Shown here in pieces: positions 38,206 through 50,882 of a stretch of 64,000 nt of DNA; the stretch's first letter is position 1; each line of letters begins with the position of its first letter. The position numbers were made by a program, and so were the translations under genes. The notes beneath the pieces are model-generated. The model worked only from the letters and a program-made list of their open reading frames with translations. It did no database searches and was not told the origin of the DNA. Location of the stretch: positions 7,874,001 through 7,938,000 of the forward strand of contig JBHGNT010000009.1 in the NCBI GenBank assembly GCA_043228905.1. Reading direction: 5' to 3'. Origin of the DNA: Azolla caroliniana. Lineage: Eukaryota; Plantae; Polypodiophyta.

Positions 38206-41200
38206 AGGGGGAGTTTGTTGGGAGACAGGTCCCTCCGGATGGGAAGGGAGAAGAACAGTGCCGACGAACAATCTCGGCCGAGGCCGAAACCAGAAGAGGA
38301 GTACCCGGCTACGGAGAGCCGGATGGTGCAGGCCCGGTGAGAACCGGATGAGGAGTACCCGGCTACGGAGAGCCGGATGGTGCAGGCCCGGTGAGAACCG
38401 GATGAGGAGCACCCGGCTACGGAGAGCCGGATGACGCAGACCCGGTGAGAACCGAAGGAAGAGACATATTCGTAAATATGTTTCTGAGAGCCCATCGAGG
38501 CTATATTTGTAAATAGCCGAAAAGTCATATTAGTATAAATATGACTTAGGGCAAACCTTTAGTTGTTGTTGTCATTTTTCTTGTTGGTGCAAGAAGAAGA
38601 GAGAGCACGTAATAGTGTACACACAGAGAGAGAGAGAGAGAGAAAGAGGTTGTTGCCTCTGTTGTAACCGCCGCCTGTGGCGAGGATCGTGAGTACGAGG
38701 TCGTTGCCTCCATGAACTCACTGCTTTGTACATTCCAACATAGTGATAGTTTGCAGCCTGTGGGCTGCCGTGGTTTTTCCCTCTTTGGGTTTTCCACGTA
38801 AACATTTTGTGTATTTTTTTTTTCTCTCTCCTTTGTGTCGCGTGCATTTATTTCTCGTTTTCTGTGTATGATCCTAAGCTCGGTTGTGGCCGAGCGTTGC
38901 GTAGAGAGAGCGTTTAGTTCCCGTCAAATAGAACTATGATTTATCCCACATAGATAGGAAACTTAAGGCCCTGGCTATATAAGCACTTTGAGACCCCTCA
39001 TTTTGATTTGTGCTAAGAGCACTTTGGCCACTTTGTCTTGATGGATGATGGTGGCCAAGTTCCCAAAAACCGGAAACCGGTCGGTAAGCAAAACCGGAAC
39101 TCGGTTGGTAAGCATAACCGGAACCGGTCGATAAGCAAAACCGGAAACCGGCCGGTAAGCAAACCGGAACCGGCGGCGGAGCCGGTGAGGCGGCGGCAAT
39201 CGGCGATCGGACGGAACTGGCGACATGACGAGGCTAGATGCAAACCGAACGGATAACAAGGTCATATGGTTAATTAAAGTAAAGTAAAGGGAACTAAAGT
39301 AAAGGCCATGTGAACGCATGCAAAAAGTTCGAAGGCATGCAAAGAAAAGGTGGAAAGATCATGCAACTAAACTAAAGGTCATGTGGACGGTCGCATGCAA
39401 CCAAAAGAAAAAGTCATGCAACTAAAAATGGATGCAACTAAAAGTGGACATGCAAAGTAACATGGAAGACTATGATCAATGGAGAACTCCATATATATTC
39501 CATTTTTTTCCTACACTCATACTCTCTCCATTAATTTTCTTTTCCTTCTCAGTTCCCTTATCTTAGGGAAGCCATAACTCTCATAAACCCTAAATTCCCT
39601 ATGGAAGCCATAACACTCAAAAACCCTAATTTCCTTATGGAAGCCATAAACCCTAATTTTCCCTACGGAAGCCATATCTCTCAAAATCTAAAATCTCTTA
39701 TTAAAGCCAAAAACCCTAAATTTCTATTGAATCCATATTTAGTTTCTTCTAATCTATTATTCTAGTAATCTCCATAAGCTAAAACTTTTGTAATCTCAAT
39801 CTTGGGATTGATTGTAATCTTTCTTTTCCGTTGTTAATGAAATTTGTCAATCTTTCTTATTTCCATTAATTGAAAAATATAAACGCACGAGGGTGATATC
39901 CTCCGGTCGGAGGTCCCGAGGTCCTGCCTCAAGTTCACGTATCCTCGTCATATTTTCGCGACACCGGCAACCCCCCGAGATACAAAGCCAGGATCGTGGT
40001 GAAGGGGTTCCATGCGAAGATTGTGAACACGAGGTCATTGCCTCTGTGTTCCCCTGTTGTATTCCTCTTAGACATAGTGATAGTTTGGAGCTTGTGGGCT
40101 CCCATGGTTTTTCCCGTTTAGGGTTTTCCACGTACACATATCGTGTACTCTCTTTCAGAGTTTTTTTTGTGTATACGTGCATCTATCTCCACATTCCCAT
40201 TTTTGTGTTTGTAATTCTCAACGAAGTAAACGAAGACTCGGTTCTAGCCGAGCATTATTCCACATATTCTCTACATTTTTTCCTTTGCCCATTCTCCCCC
40301 TCAACTGCGGCATGTCGAGATGCTGAACACCAAGCATTTCGATGAAGTGCTACAACTTTTCCGATCCGAGCGGTTTGGTGAAGATGTCGGCAACTTGCCG
40401 ATCCGTCTAAACAAACCGAAGTTCGACTTCACTACTCAAAACCCGCTCACGCACAAAGTGATAGTGGACTTCTATGTGCTTTGTCCAAGCATGGAACATG
40501 GGGTTCTTGGCGAGTTGAATGATGCTCATGTTGTCACCGTAGATCAGGATCGGGGTCGGTACCTTGATCTGCAGGTCTTGCAGCTCTCGCGAAGCTAGAT
40601 GGCTTCACAAGTGGCATTGGTAGCGCCCCGGTACTCAGCCTCAATGCTCGATAGAGCCACTGTCGGCTACTTTTTGCTGCTCCACGCAACAGTCACGCTA
40701 CCTAGAGAAAACATGTAACCGGAGGTGGATCGGCGATCCAATGCATCACCAGCCCAGTCGGCATCGGTATATCCGACTAGCTCCCCAGTTATACTGTGTC
40801 AATATAATAGTCCCCAGTCCTTCGTGCCGCTAACATGCCGGAGTATTCGGTGTGCGCACTAAAGGTGCTCAACAGTCGGCTTCTACATGAACTGACTGAT
40901 CACTCCAACCGGGTAACTGATGTCGAGTCGAGTGATTGTCAAGTATATGAGTCGTTTCTCATCGCAGGCCGGTCCGGAGTCTGGACGTAGCTTCAGGTTC
41001 CGGTCCAGGGGTGTAGAGATCGGCTGGTATTCCGTCATGCTGAACTTGTACATCATATTCAACACATAATGGCATTGTGAGAGCAATATACCATCGGGGG
41101 TTCGAATCATCTCGATCCAAAGAAAATAATGAAGGTCCTCTAGGTCCTCCAGGTCCTTCATTTCAAATGCGTCCGACAACTGGGACTTCACTCGGCCGAT

Positions 41201-44200
41201 TTCAACGAGTCCAGGTCCGATGATGACCAAATCATCTACATAAAGCAGAATGCAAACCGAATCGTCCGGACCATTCCGGATGAACAATGAAGAGTTAGAC
41301 TTTGAGGCCGCAAACCCCATCTTACGCAACTAGTGCATGATCTTCGCATTCCAAGCTCGGGGGGCTTGCTTCAAACCGTAAAGCGACTTCTTGAGTCAAC
41401 ACATTGCCGACTTGTTCATCTCTAATTGGAAACCATGGGGTTGGATCATATAGAGCCATTCTTCAAGATCACCATGAAGAAATGCATTATTCACGTCCAT
41501 TTGGTGAGGATGCCATCATTTCTTCCTCCATGGCGGCACGCCAATTTGCGTCCTTTGCCGCTTCTGCATAGCTCTCCGGCTCACACACTTCCGCCACTTT
41601 GGTCATGTACGCATAGTGATGCGCCATGTACTCATTGTACTCGTACCGCGTAACAGAGGTTCTTCAGGCGGGAAGATCGGCGTAACTTGTCATCACCCGG
41701 TTTGGGGCCCTTCTTGGCCAGTTCAGACTTTGTTCCCAAAGATCCGCCTTCATCCTTTCTGGAGTCGGATTCGCTCCGATCCAACTCAACGTTGCCGGTT
41801 TCGTATTCCGACATTTTCTGCTTCCCTTTCTCTTTGCGCATGAACCGTCTCCTCGATTCCTTGCACGGGAAGAGCACGGTAGGGTCTCCACTACTCGCCA
41901 GTTCTTCATCTGACTAGTCATCCCGACTCAGCCGCTCATTCGGCCCACTTAGCCGGAATGAGATCAGACTCTTTTCTAGAGTGCCGAAGTCTTCATCTTC
42001 TGCCTGGATCTCCTCCAGCATACTCTTCTCCTCCATCATTGCCCTTGACGCGTCGACAATCGACCGGTTCTTCCTTTTGGCCACACCATTTTGTTCCGGT
42101 GTGTATCGGCAGTTAAATTCTCTCTGAATTCTGTTCTGATGCATATAACTATTGAATTGGCTGGAAAAGTACTCTTTTCCGCCATTCGACCGCAAGCACT
42201 TGATCTTCCTCTCTGTTTCTCGTTCAACTAAGCTTTGCAAGTTCCGGAAACATTCGAAGACTTCGCTCTTCTTCTCGATGAGGTAGATCCACATGTGTCG
42301 GCTGTAGTCGTCGATGAAGGAGGCGAAATATCGAATCCCGCCAAGACTAACGTTTTGTGTTGGTCCCCATACATCCGAATGTATTAGATCGAGCTTGTTA
42401 CGGCTCCGCTTTCGTTCGGTGGGGAATGGAAGCCGGTGTTGCTTCCCGAGTTGGTAGGCTTCACAAATTTCGGCTTTCTGGCCGCTAAATTTCGGCAAAC
42501 TGAAAACAACTTGTTGTGATTGCAAGTCCTAAAGCCTCCAGTAGTTGACATGGCCGATCCGCTTGTGCCACAGGTCGATGTCTGATTCAACCTTCTGCCC
42601 TTTCGCAAACATAGCGGTGCTGACGTCATTAGTTTTGAGAATGAACATCCTCCCTTCTCTACGCCCTTGCACGATTATCCGGCCTTCTTCCTCGATGAAG
42701 CACCCGAAGTGCGTAAACCGCACCTGCATTCATTGGTCGACGATTTGTCCGACCGATACCATGTTCTTTGAGATAGTCAGAATGTGTAATACATTCATCA
42801 GCTTTCCCTTTTGTCCAACATGGCTTAAAAGGACTTCTTCGACATGCACAATCGGGTGAGGGGTGTTGTCTCCGGTTTCGACAATCCCTAGTTGTTCCAG
42901 CTTCTCCAAAAAGGAGAACCACTCTTCATGGCTCGTCATGTGGTTGGATGCTCCAGAATCAATGTACCATACTTCCTCCAATCCGGAAGTGGTCTTCTTC
43001 ATTGAGTTCGTCTTGTGCTTCATCACAAAGGCTGGCCCTTTTCCGGTCTTCCCGGTTCCGGATCCTTCTGATCCTTTCGCATAGTGCAAGCTTTGCCGGA
43101 TCTGGATTTGTCCGAATCGGCGCGCTTCTTCCAGCACTCACTTTCCCTGTGGCCTTTCTTGCCACAGTACCAGCATTCTGTGTCGGCCTTTCCTTGCCGG
43201 TTTGACTCCCCCTACTTGTGGAGGGTCCGGAACTGCTGTCGGCATTGTCTTTATGCCTTCCGTCTTGCTCTTGCCGGCCCCCTCCATTGTGTGCCGACCC
43301 ACCTCGTCCTCCACGCCCATGGGGCCGATCCGCCTCTGTGTACAACATCCGGTTGTCCGATTGAGTGGTCCTCGACCCACTCGCGTGGTTTTCTTCAACC
43401 ATCAACATGGATTGTAAGTCGAAGAAGGACGGTGGCTTCTCCCACGTGCAAATCACTGTCCAGATTGGCCCATACCTTTGCGCTAGACCATTGAGGCAGA
43501 TTTGTACCATCTTGTCTTCGTCCACTGTCACATTGATGGCCCGAGCGTGTCACAAATCTCCTTTATCTTGGTGGTGTAGCCTGTAACCGGCATGTCTCTT
43601 TGTCGGATGTTGTTCAGCTCTTGCCGGAGCTGCAACTTACGGGTTGTGGTACTCGCAGCGAAAATCTTTCGTAGAGTTTCCCATGCCTCCTTCGGCATCT
43701 TTGCATCCTTTATGTAGCTGAGCATCTGATCGTGCACACCAGACGCGAGACAGTACAATACTCAGCTCGCTCCTTGCTCCCATGCTAGGAAGTCTTTGTG
43801 TGTCGGCTCCAGTGCTACCTCGTTGGTTCCTTCCACATAGCTCCAATAACCATGCCCCAACAAGTACTGGTGCATTTTATATGACCAGGACGCATAGTTG
43901 CTCCGGTCAAGCTTCTCTATTGGAAGTGAACTCGCCATACCTCTGTCCATACCTTTCTCTGTCTGTTGTTACCAGTTATTAGGGTTTGTCTTCGAAAGTG
44001 TCTGTTGGCTGCAAAGGTTCTCAACCCTGTACAAAGAATAAGTGTTAACATGCGGAAGCGTTAGACAAAACCAGCTCAGCCGGATAGCAACAAAGAATAA
44101 GATTAAGGTTTAATGGAGAAGCTTAATACGCAGAGAGTATACACGGGAGAGACAGATAGAGCAGAACGTAAACGTAGATTCAAAATAATAAAAACACTCT

Positions 44201-45399
44201 GTACATACAACGTGCTAAACAACACTATTTATACAAGTCCTCAAAAGGACTGACAGAAGTACTATGTACTTCAATGCTCATACGAGCGACTAACACTAAC
44301 TACGAGACAACGATTACCTAGTAGTCTAGGCTACTACTAGGCTTCCAGTTCACACTCGAATCCGGCTCTCCGATCCGTCTCCCCGATCTGGCCAGTTGTT
44401 TTCGGATACCGATCCGGCTCTGGCTTATGCAGCCGATCTGGATCCGGTTGAGCTTGCTCGCTCAACAGTATGTTATATTATTTGAATTGATAATGTATAG
44501 TCTAAACCATGTAATGTACTACATGTGCACCATATAGCACACATGCAAGAGCCCTCTTTGCATGTGTGACATATGGCCCACATGCAAAACCTTCCCCTTC
44601 CTATAAAAGGAGAAAGGAGTATAGTCACAAGGATATGGAAGTAATTGAAATCAAAGAACTATATTGTATGATATATCAAGAGAATCAAATAGAATTATAT
44701 TACATAAGAGATATCATAACATAGAAAGAGCAAGAGAAGAAGAAGAAATAAGAGAAGAGTTAGCTTGGCGGTCGTGGTGCTCAACTCGCAATGAAAGGGT
44801 GGCGGTTTGATTCTTATTTTCATCGAAATATTGAAGTGAAGATTGTTATCAAGAAAGAGACGAGTGATTATCTTGTGAGACAAAGTTCCAAGGTTCAACG
44901 ACGCTCGCAACCATTTTGTAACTCTTTCATCAAATAATTCTAAATCTCTTTTATTGCTTCAAATATCATTCTATATCCTATCTTGTCATATCTTGTTGAT
45001 CTCTATTTACTCTATCTCTACTCTTTCGTCTCTTCCGTCCATAATCCCAATGATTCCTTCCTCACTTTCACGATATCTTTTGTCTACACAACGCTATGCT
45101 TCTGGGCGAGCCATGGCACGACACCGCATACTATGCAAGGTTTGATAGATGGTATTTGTTGCATGCTAATAAGTATGAAAATTTCATGTCATGTACAATA
45201 CATATAGATCATGCTTTGTAGTTGTCAGATCATGCTCTTGTCTGGCTAGACCTTCATTTTGGGAATCATTCCTATGAAGTGCATCTCTAAAGGAAGAGAC
45301 TTATGCTCATTAACAACAGCTACCTCAAGCATGAAGTCTTCATGAGGATGGTTTATGACATAATACCTCCTCTTTATGTAGAAGTCAACATAGATGTTG

Positions 45400-48300
45400 A
45401 TATAGTGTAGGTACATTATGTACAAAATTACAAACAATAATACAAGAGTATGGGAAGTGGTATGTCTCAAGACAGAGAGATTACACTCAACAAGACAAAT
45501 TTACTTGTCAAGTCATAACGGAGTTAGCACATAGAAGATCTTTGATTTTACATGAAGATGATGCATTGTGTATGGCCAAACACACATTGATGCTATACAT
45601 GACAAAAATCAATTGGAAAAATGGCAAGTTAGGTCAAGAAAATTTCCATTAAAAAACAAAGAATGCTCTTCTAAATCCTTCAAATTCAAAAGGTTGCATC
45701 TAATACGCCAAAAGGAATCCATTAAATTCATCAAAACTAGTGATGGTTTGTGGACTACAAACCGACTTGAACTAGCCAAGGAATGTGTAACTCACTTCTC
45801 TCACATCTTTGAGAACAATGTAGTTGTTACATATGCAGTTAAACAGGCCAAAGATACGTTCTTGTCACTAGTTCAACCCACTATTTGTTTTGATAAAGCT
45901 ATTGCTTTGGATGCAACATTCACAATGGAGGAGCTTTTGGAGGCTCAGAAGGGCCTCGGGAAAGGCAAAGCGCCTGGTTGGGATGGTATTACGTTAGAGT
46001 TCATTGCAGAATTTTGGGATGTCCTTAAGGATTTAATCCTATCTATGGCACATAATGCTTGGCAACAATGGGATATGTCGATCTCATGGAAAGAAGGTTT
46101 GGTCAAATTAATACCCAAAAAAAAATTATGTGAATCATTTTTGGATTGGCGACCAATCACTCTCATGTTAGTGATCTATAAACTTATTGCAAAGATAATT
46201 GTTAATCGTATTAAGGGCACTTTGTTGGGAGGCATCCACATAAACCAGTACAGGTTCATTCCCCGAAGGTAAATTACAATTAATATTGCTAATGCCTATA
46301 TTGGAATGGAGTATTCCAAATACACCAAACAATATGTATTGCTCATGCAAATTGACATTGAAAAGGCCTTTGATACCATCCAATGAGATTTTGTGGCAAC
46401 CACAATGATCAAACTAGGATTTGGTCCAAAAATGTCTCAAGTCATCTATTGGCTTTATGGGTCTACCACATCTTCATGCATTATTGAGGGTGAATTGACA
46501 TATTCATGGAGCTTTGCCAAGTCAATTCGACAAGTTTGTCTTGTAAGTGCATTGTTGTATGCAATCGCAACTCATCCACTATAACTATTGTACATGGATC
46601 ATCTAGTATTAATTGGTTAGCTTCACGGTTTGCAAATGAAACACGGACATGATTTCGTGGCTCAAGCATATGCAGATGATACATCATTCCTGTTACAAAA
46701 CAATCCAAATGATACATTGAGGGTGATTATGGATGCCCTCAAATTGTATGGATTAGTTGTTGGATTGCATGTTAACTTCAACAAGTCCAAACTTCTACCC
46801 TTGACACCATATAGTTGGCATGAACTTTTGTAGCCAGGTCAAGTTGTTAGCCCAAATGAAATGGTTATACATCTTGGCTATCCATTGGGATGGAATGCAA
46901 CAAGGAAAAGAAAGGTAGAATGGATTCTAAAAAAAGTGAGACAAAAGCTAAGCTATTGGAAAATTGCAACATGGTCACTCCATGTCAGATTGCGGATAGT
47001 GCAAACTATATTCATGGCTTACATGTAGTATTACTTAATTATGATTGGTTGGCCGAAACACATGATACAAAAGATTAACTTAGAAATTATAAACAGCTTT
47101 TGGTGCTCTAAGCAGTCGCATAGAGGTATACGACTGGAAAATTGCAACATGGTCACTCCATGTCAGATTGCGGATAGTGCAAACTATATTCATGCCTTAC
47201 ATGTAGTATTACTTAATTATGATTGGTTGGCCGAAACACATGATACAAAAGATTAACTTAGAAATTATAAACAGCTTTTGGTGCTCTAAGCAGTCGCATA
47301 GAGGTATACGACTCCTATCACTAGAGAAGATATGCACTCCACGATTGAGTGGAGGGCTAAGTATTCTTAATTTGCATTTGCATATGTTGGCTAGAAAAGC
47401 TACTTTATTGCCAATATTTGCTGAACAAACATTGCCTTGGGCAAGAATGCTATCTTATATGTTTGATCATTTGAAAACCAAGTCATTTGGCTCATGGGAT
47501 ACTAACCATTGGGATGTAGTGTTTGGAAAACTTGACGAGCACATCAAAGGTTGTCCGTTTAGCTCAAAGCTTCTAAAGCACTGGAAGGAAGTATTGTACC
47601 ACATAAAATGGAGAGGTAGGAATTCAGAATCAAGGAACTCTTTACGCCTCGAAAGCTTACACTGGAGTGCTATATTCCCACAGTCACTAGTTGAGCAAGA
47701 ACCTAGGAAAGCTTATTTTTTAGCAAAGAAGGGGTTGAAATCAATTGCAGATGTGGTAAATGACCAAGGTCACTTATTGCACTTCAATGACATGACATGT
47801 CATTATAGTCTTGGGCCACATCATCGTGTTATCTGGAATCAAGTCACAGAGTTGGTACTTTCCTTAGTACCTGTGCCACCTCTTGATGGAGATCGCAGGA
47901 TTCAGGATTGGATGTTACAAAAATGGAACATTGTTATTCCAATGCATAACATTACAACACATTTTGTGTATATGTTGTTGCAACCTATTCCATGGTTTCA
48001 CGAACATGCAAATGCATTATGGAACCTACACAAAACGCAGTTTGGGTGGAAAAACAGGCTTACAAGCTTATGGAGCTCTGGTCTTCCACTTAAGCAACGG
48101 GTATTCCTATGGAGATGCCTTTTGGGTGTGCTCTTGACTGGGTCGAATCTTCAAAAGAGATCGATACCCTCACCGCATTGTGCAAGATGTGGTGGACAAT
48201 TGGAAACGGTCCCACACTTATTATGGACTTGCTCATTCACTACAACATTTGTACAAAGACTAAGTGCATCTCTTTATCACAGATTTCCTGGCCGAAGGTT

Positions 48301-48650
48301 TGGCAAACACTTTTGGATATTGGGACAAATTCTGTGCGTCCAATCAATCAATTCCTATTTTCTCCAATGGACACGATTTTGGGCACTCTGGACCATTTGG
48401 ACAGCCCACAATAATAAGTTCTTTGATGGAAACCAACTACATGAAGTTAGCTTCTTTAAGCAATCCCTCAAGCAATCTCTATTTGATTGTCTGCAACTTA
48501 GAGACATCACACTGCAAATTTACAATCTTTACTTTGAGTGCTTTTAAGCTCTTTAGTGTCTAATCGACACTTGTATATTTTTCTTTATTCTTTGTGGGTT
48601 TTCACCTCACTTTGATTTTTCCCACTAGTAATAAAAGTGTTACTAAAACA
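45400..48650 (+). mobile_element. 5'-truncated L1-clade LINE (RT plus zf-RVT), decayed
   Basis: GKAPGWDG, WRPITL, IDIEKAFD, YADD, CARCGGQLETVPHLLWTC; AATAAA at about 48630; 5' boundary approximate. Confidence 0.88.
46957..47312. repeat. 178-bp tandem duplication inside LINE ORF2
   Basis: TGGAAAATTGCAACATGG at 46957 and 47135; about 1 mismatch. Confidence 0.95.
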
Positions 48651-49630
48651 AATGAGGATTAGTATCTCTATGCATTTCGGCTTCACAAGCACCTCCAAAG
48701 ATCTCCAAAAGAACCACAAATCAGTCTCCTTGTGAAGTTTGAGGATTTCTTAATCTAGTGTGCCTTGTTATTCAAATACACCGTTGGTCAAGTTATACTT
48801 GATATCCAACCAATCTTGGTCAAGCTGGATTGGTTGAAATGTTGTTAACAATGACGACATTGTCATGGTTTGCATAATTTCTAGAGAAGATATCACCATT
48901 ATTGGAGACTTTTAGAAGAGATGTCACCCTTCAATGGCAAAGATCATGTCACACATCAACACATAAAAGCACTTACATCTCCACTTCAAGCAACCATGAA
49001 AGCCTCAAAGGCTTCTTAAGTTAATATAAATTAAGATACACTTTATCACTACACTGATTAAAATATATATAAGCCTCAATTGAATAGGTAATAATCACAA
49101 TATAAGAAATATAAGATGTGTCTCATGTAAAAGATAATTACAAAATAAGAAACGTGTATATGTCAATTAATTAGGTGGGGAAGCTACACGGATAAAAGTG
49201 GCTCTTAGTAGATGAAAGGGAAGAGAATGAGAACCAAATGATAGCCTCAAAGTTAGGAACCTCTTTTACATTAGAGCTCTTCTCGTTTTATAGTTGGAAA
49301 CCCTAAAGGGTCACTTTCACACTACAAGCCCATGGGCCATTGATCGTTCCTATATATTTAAGGATGGTTCCCCACAAATTATAATATTAACTATGTTTCT
49401 TGGATACATTTGGTTTATGATCGATAGTTGAGATGGACAATAACATTATTTCCCTTTGTCAAGGCCAAGGCTTGACAAAAGAGAATTGGAAAGAGAGAGG
49501 AAAATAAAGAAAGAACATGAATATATTTTTATTATGAGAAGAAATATACAAGAGTAGGCACTATAAGATTTGTTGAAGGTTGGGTTTGAATCGGAATGCT
49601 TTTAACAACAAAATATGTCATTATTATTTA

Positions 49631-50882
49631 CAGTAGACATTCGGTTAAGTGTGTGCCCACATAAGTGCACCATTCTATTAAGTGCGCTTTTTATAGTGGT
49701 CAAAATCCAGATCAAAAAAATTACATTGTTTCATGACGAAATTACATTAAACCAAGTTAAAACTATGTTCCAAACATTTAGAAAACAACAAAAGGAGCTT
49801 CTATGGGTATGCCTATGTGTGTGTCATGTGTGTGTGTTTACGATTATAAGGTCATCCCACAAGTTTAGTCACACAGGATATGCACGAATCGGAACCAAGA
49901 AGTGCTATGGTAACGAGAGCAAGTCCAAACATTAAGAAAACAACGAGGAGTTTTTGTGGGTATGTCTATGTGTGTGTCATGTGTTCTACATGTGTGTGCG
50001 TGTGCGTGTGTGTTACGATTACAAATATGTGATTTTGATTCTTGATTAAAGAACATAAGCAAACAATGGCAAACAAATCTTGATGATCGTGAATAGTCAA
50101 GTTTTGTAGAAATTGGTCGTGAACGTGAGCTCTCCTTCTCCACGTGCAACATATCCATCTATTCTCCTTCTCTTTTTGTGTGTGCCTATATCACATATGT
50201 GCGTGCTCTTTTCTTGCATGAAGAAAGCCTCTCTCCCTCCCTCGCTCTTTCTGTGCATCTTGTTTAGATGACAAAAGTTGTAGTCGGCGATTTATCTGTT
50301 GCTCCCCCTCTCTCTTTTCTTGTCTCCTCCATTTGTACTTCAATTCCTCAAACCTGCCGCCACTAGGAAGAGAACGCAAGAAAAAATCCCATCGCATGAT
50401 GCATCCAAGGAAGCTCATTAGGTTTGTTGCATAATGGATGTATTTCTCAGATGTAGCAAAAAGACAAATACTGAAGGCAATCTAGAATCAAGAAAGAAAT
50501 TGAAGAGTGTGTATGGTGAAACTAGAAACATTTTAGGTCAATTTAACACATAAATTGATCACTTTTCTTATCAAGAATTGTATGATTAGCATATAGAAGG
50601 AAAAATATTTCAGAAAACCCTAAAAATTTCCAAAAAACCCTAAAATGTTTGAGAGAAAGAAATTGAAGAGTATGTATGGTGAAACTAGAAACATTTTAGG
50701 TCAATTTATCACTTTTCTTATCAAGAATTGTATGATTAGCATACAGAAGGAAAATATTTCAAAAAACCCTAAAACTTTCCAAAAAACCCTAAAATGTTTC
50801 AGAAAACCCCTAAGTGCACAGCTCAGTTAAGTGCGCACTTCTTCCTTGCGTTCAAAGTGTGCACTTAACCAAATGTATATTG
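49631..50882. mobile_element. Non-autonomous Tc1/mariner (pogo-like) DNA transposon
   Basis: TA|CAGTAGACATTCGGTTAAGTG ... CACTTAACCAAATGTATATTG|TA (18 of 21 TIR bases match); subterminal TAAGTGC motifs at both ends. Confidence 0.78.
50491..50800. repeat. About 163-bp tandem duplication inside the TIR element
   Basis: AGAAAGAAATTGAAGAGT at 50491 and 50654. Confidence 0.88.

Larger units (their letters stand above)
33427..38926 (+). mobile_element. Full-length Ty1/copia element B (LTRs 33427-34129 and 38216-38926, PBS 34132-34143, PPT about 38200-38213)
   Basis: Perfect 5-bp TSD AATAG; TG...CA LTRs highly similar; TGGTATCAGAGC. Confidence 0.97.
33333..39963 (+). mobile_element. 5'-truncated LTR-like insertion D ending TCGCGACA (own sequence 33333-33426 and 38932-39963)
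   Basis: Non-coding block interrupting the RT of element A; CGACA terminus like the other TGTCG-type LTRs; internal tandem repeats. Confidence 0.65.
30310..40275 (+). mobile_element. Ty1/copia element A: 5' LTR 30310-30897, decayed gag-pol 30920-33330, RT/RH deleted, partial 3' LTR 40011-40275
   Basis: TTTTT on both flanks; LTR end ...CATATTCTCTACA at 30897 and 40275; mutated PBS TGGTATTAGATC at 30901; RT resumes at 39964 (PRYKARIVVKGF). Confidence 0.88.
29235..44467 (-). mobile_element. Decayed Ty1/copia element C (3' LTR about 29235-29682, 5' LTR about 44028-44467), interrupted at 30310-40275
   Basis: Direct repeats TGTTAACATGC...TCAACA; gag MDRGMASSLPIEKLDRSNY from 43950; PR, INT, RT and RH fragments down to 40290; same family as 55818-61764. 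Confidence 0.88.
28362..45123 (+). mobile_element. Solo LTR (same family as 21226-22544) split by nested insertions; own sequence is 28362-28487, 28950-29234 and 44468-45123
   Basis: TGTCGTGAAGTACG start and GGCACGACA end; flanks CCGGA/CCGCA; TATA box CTATAAAAGG at 44601. Confidence 0.8.
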
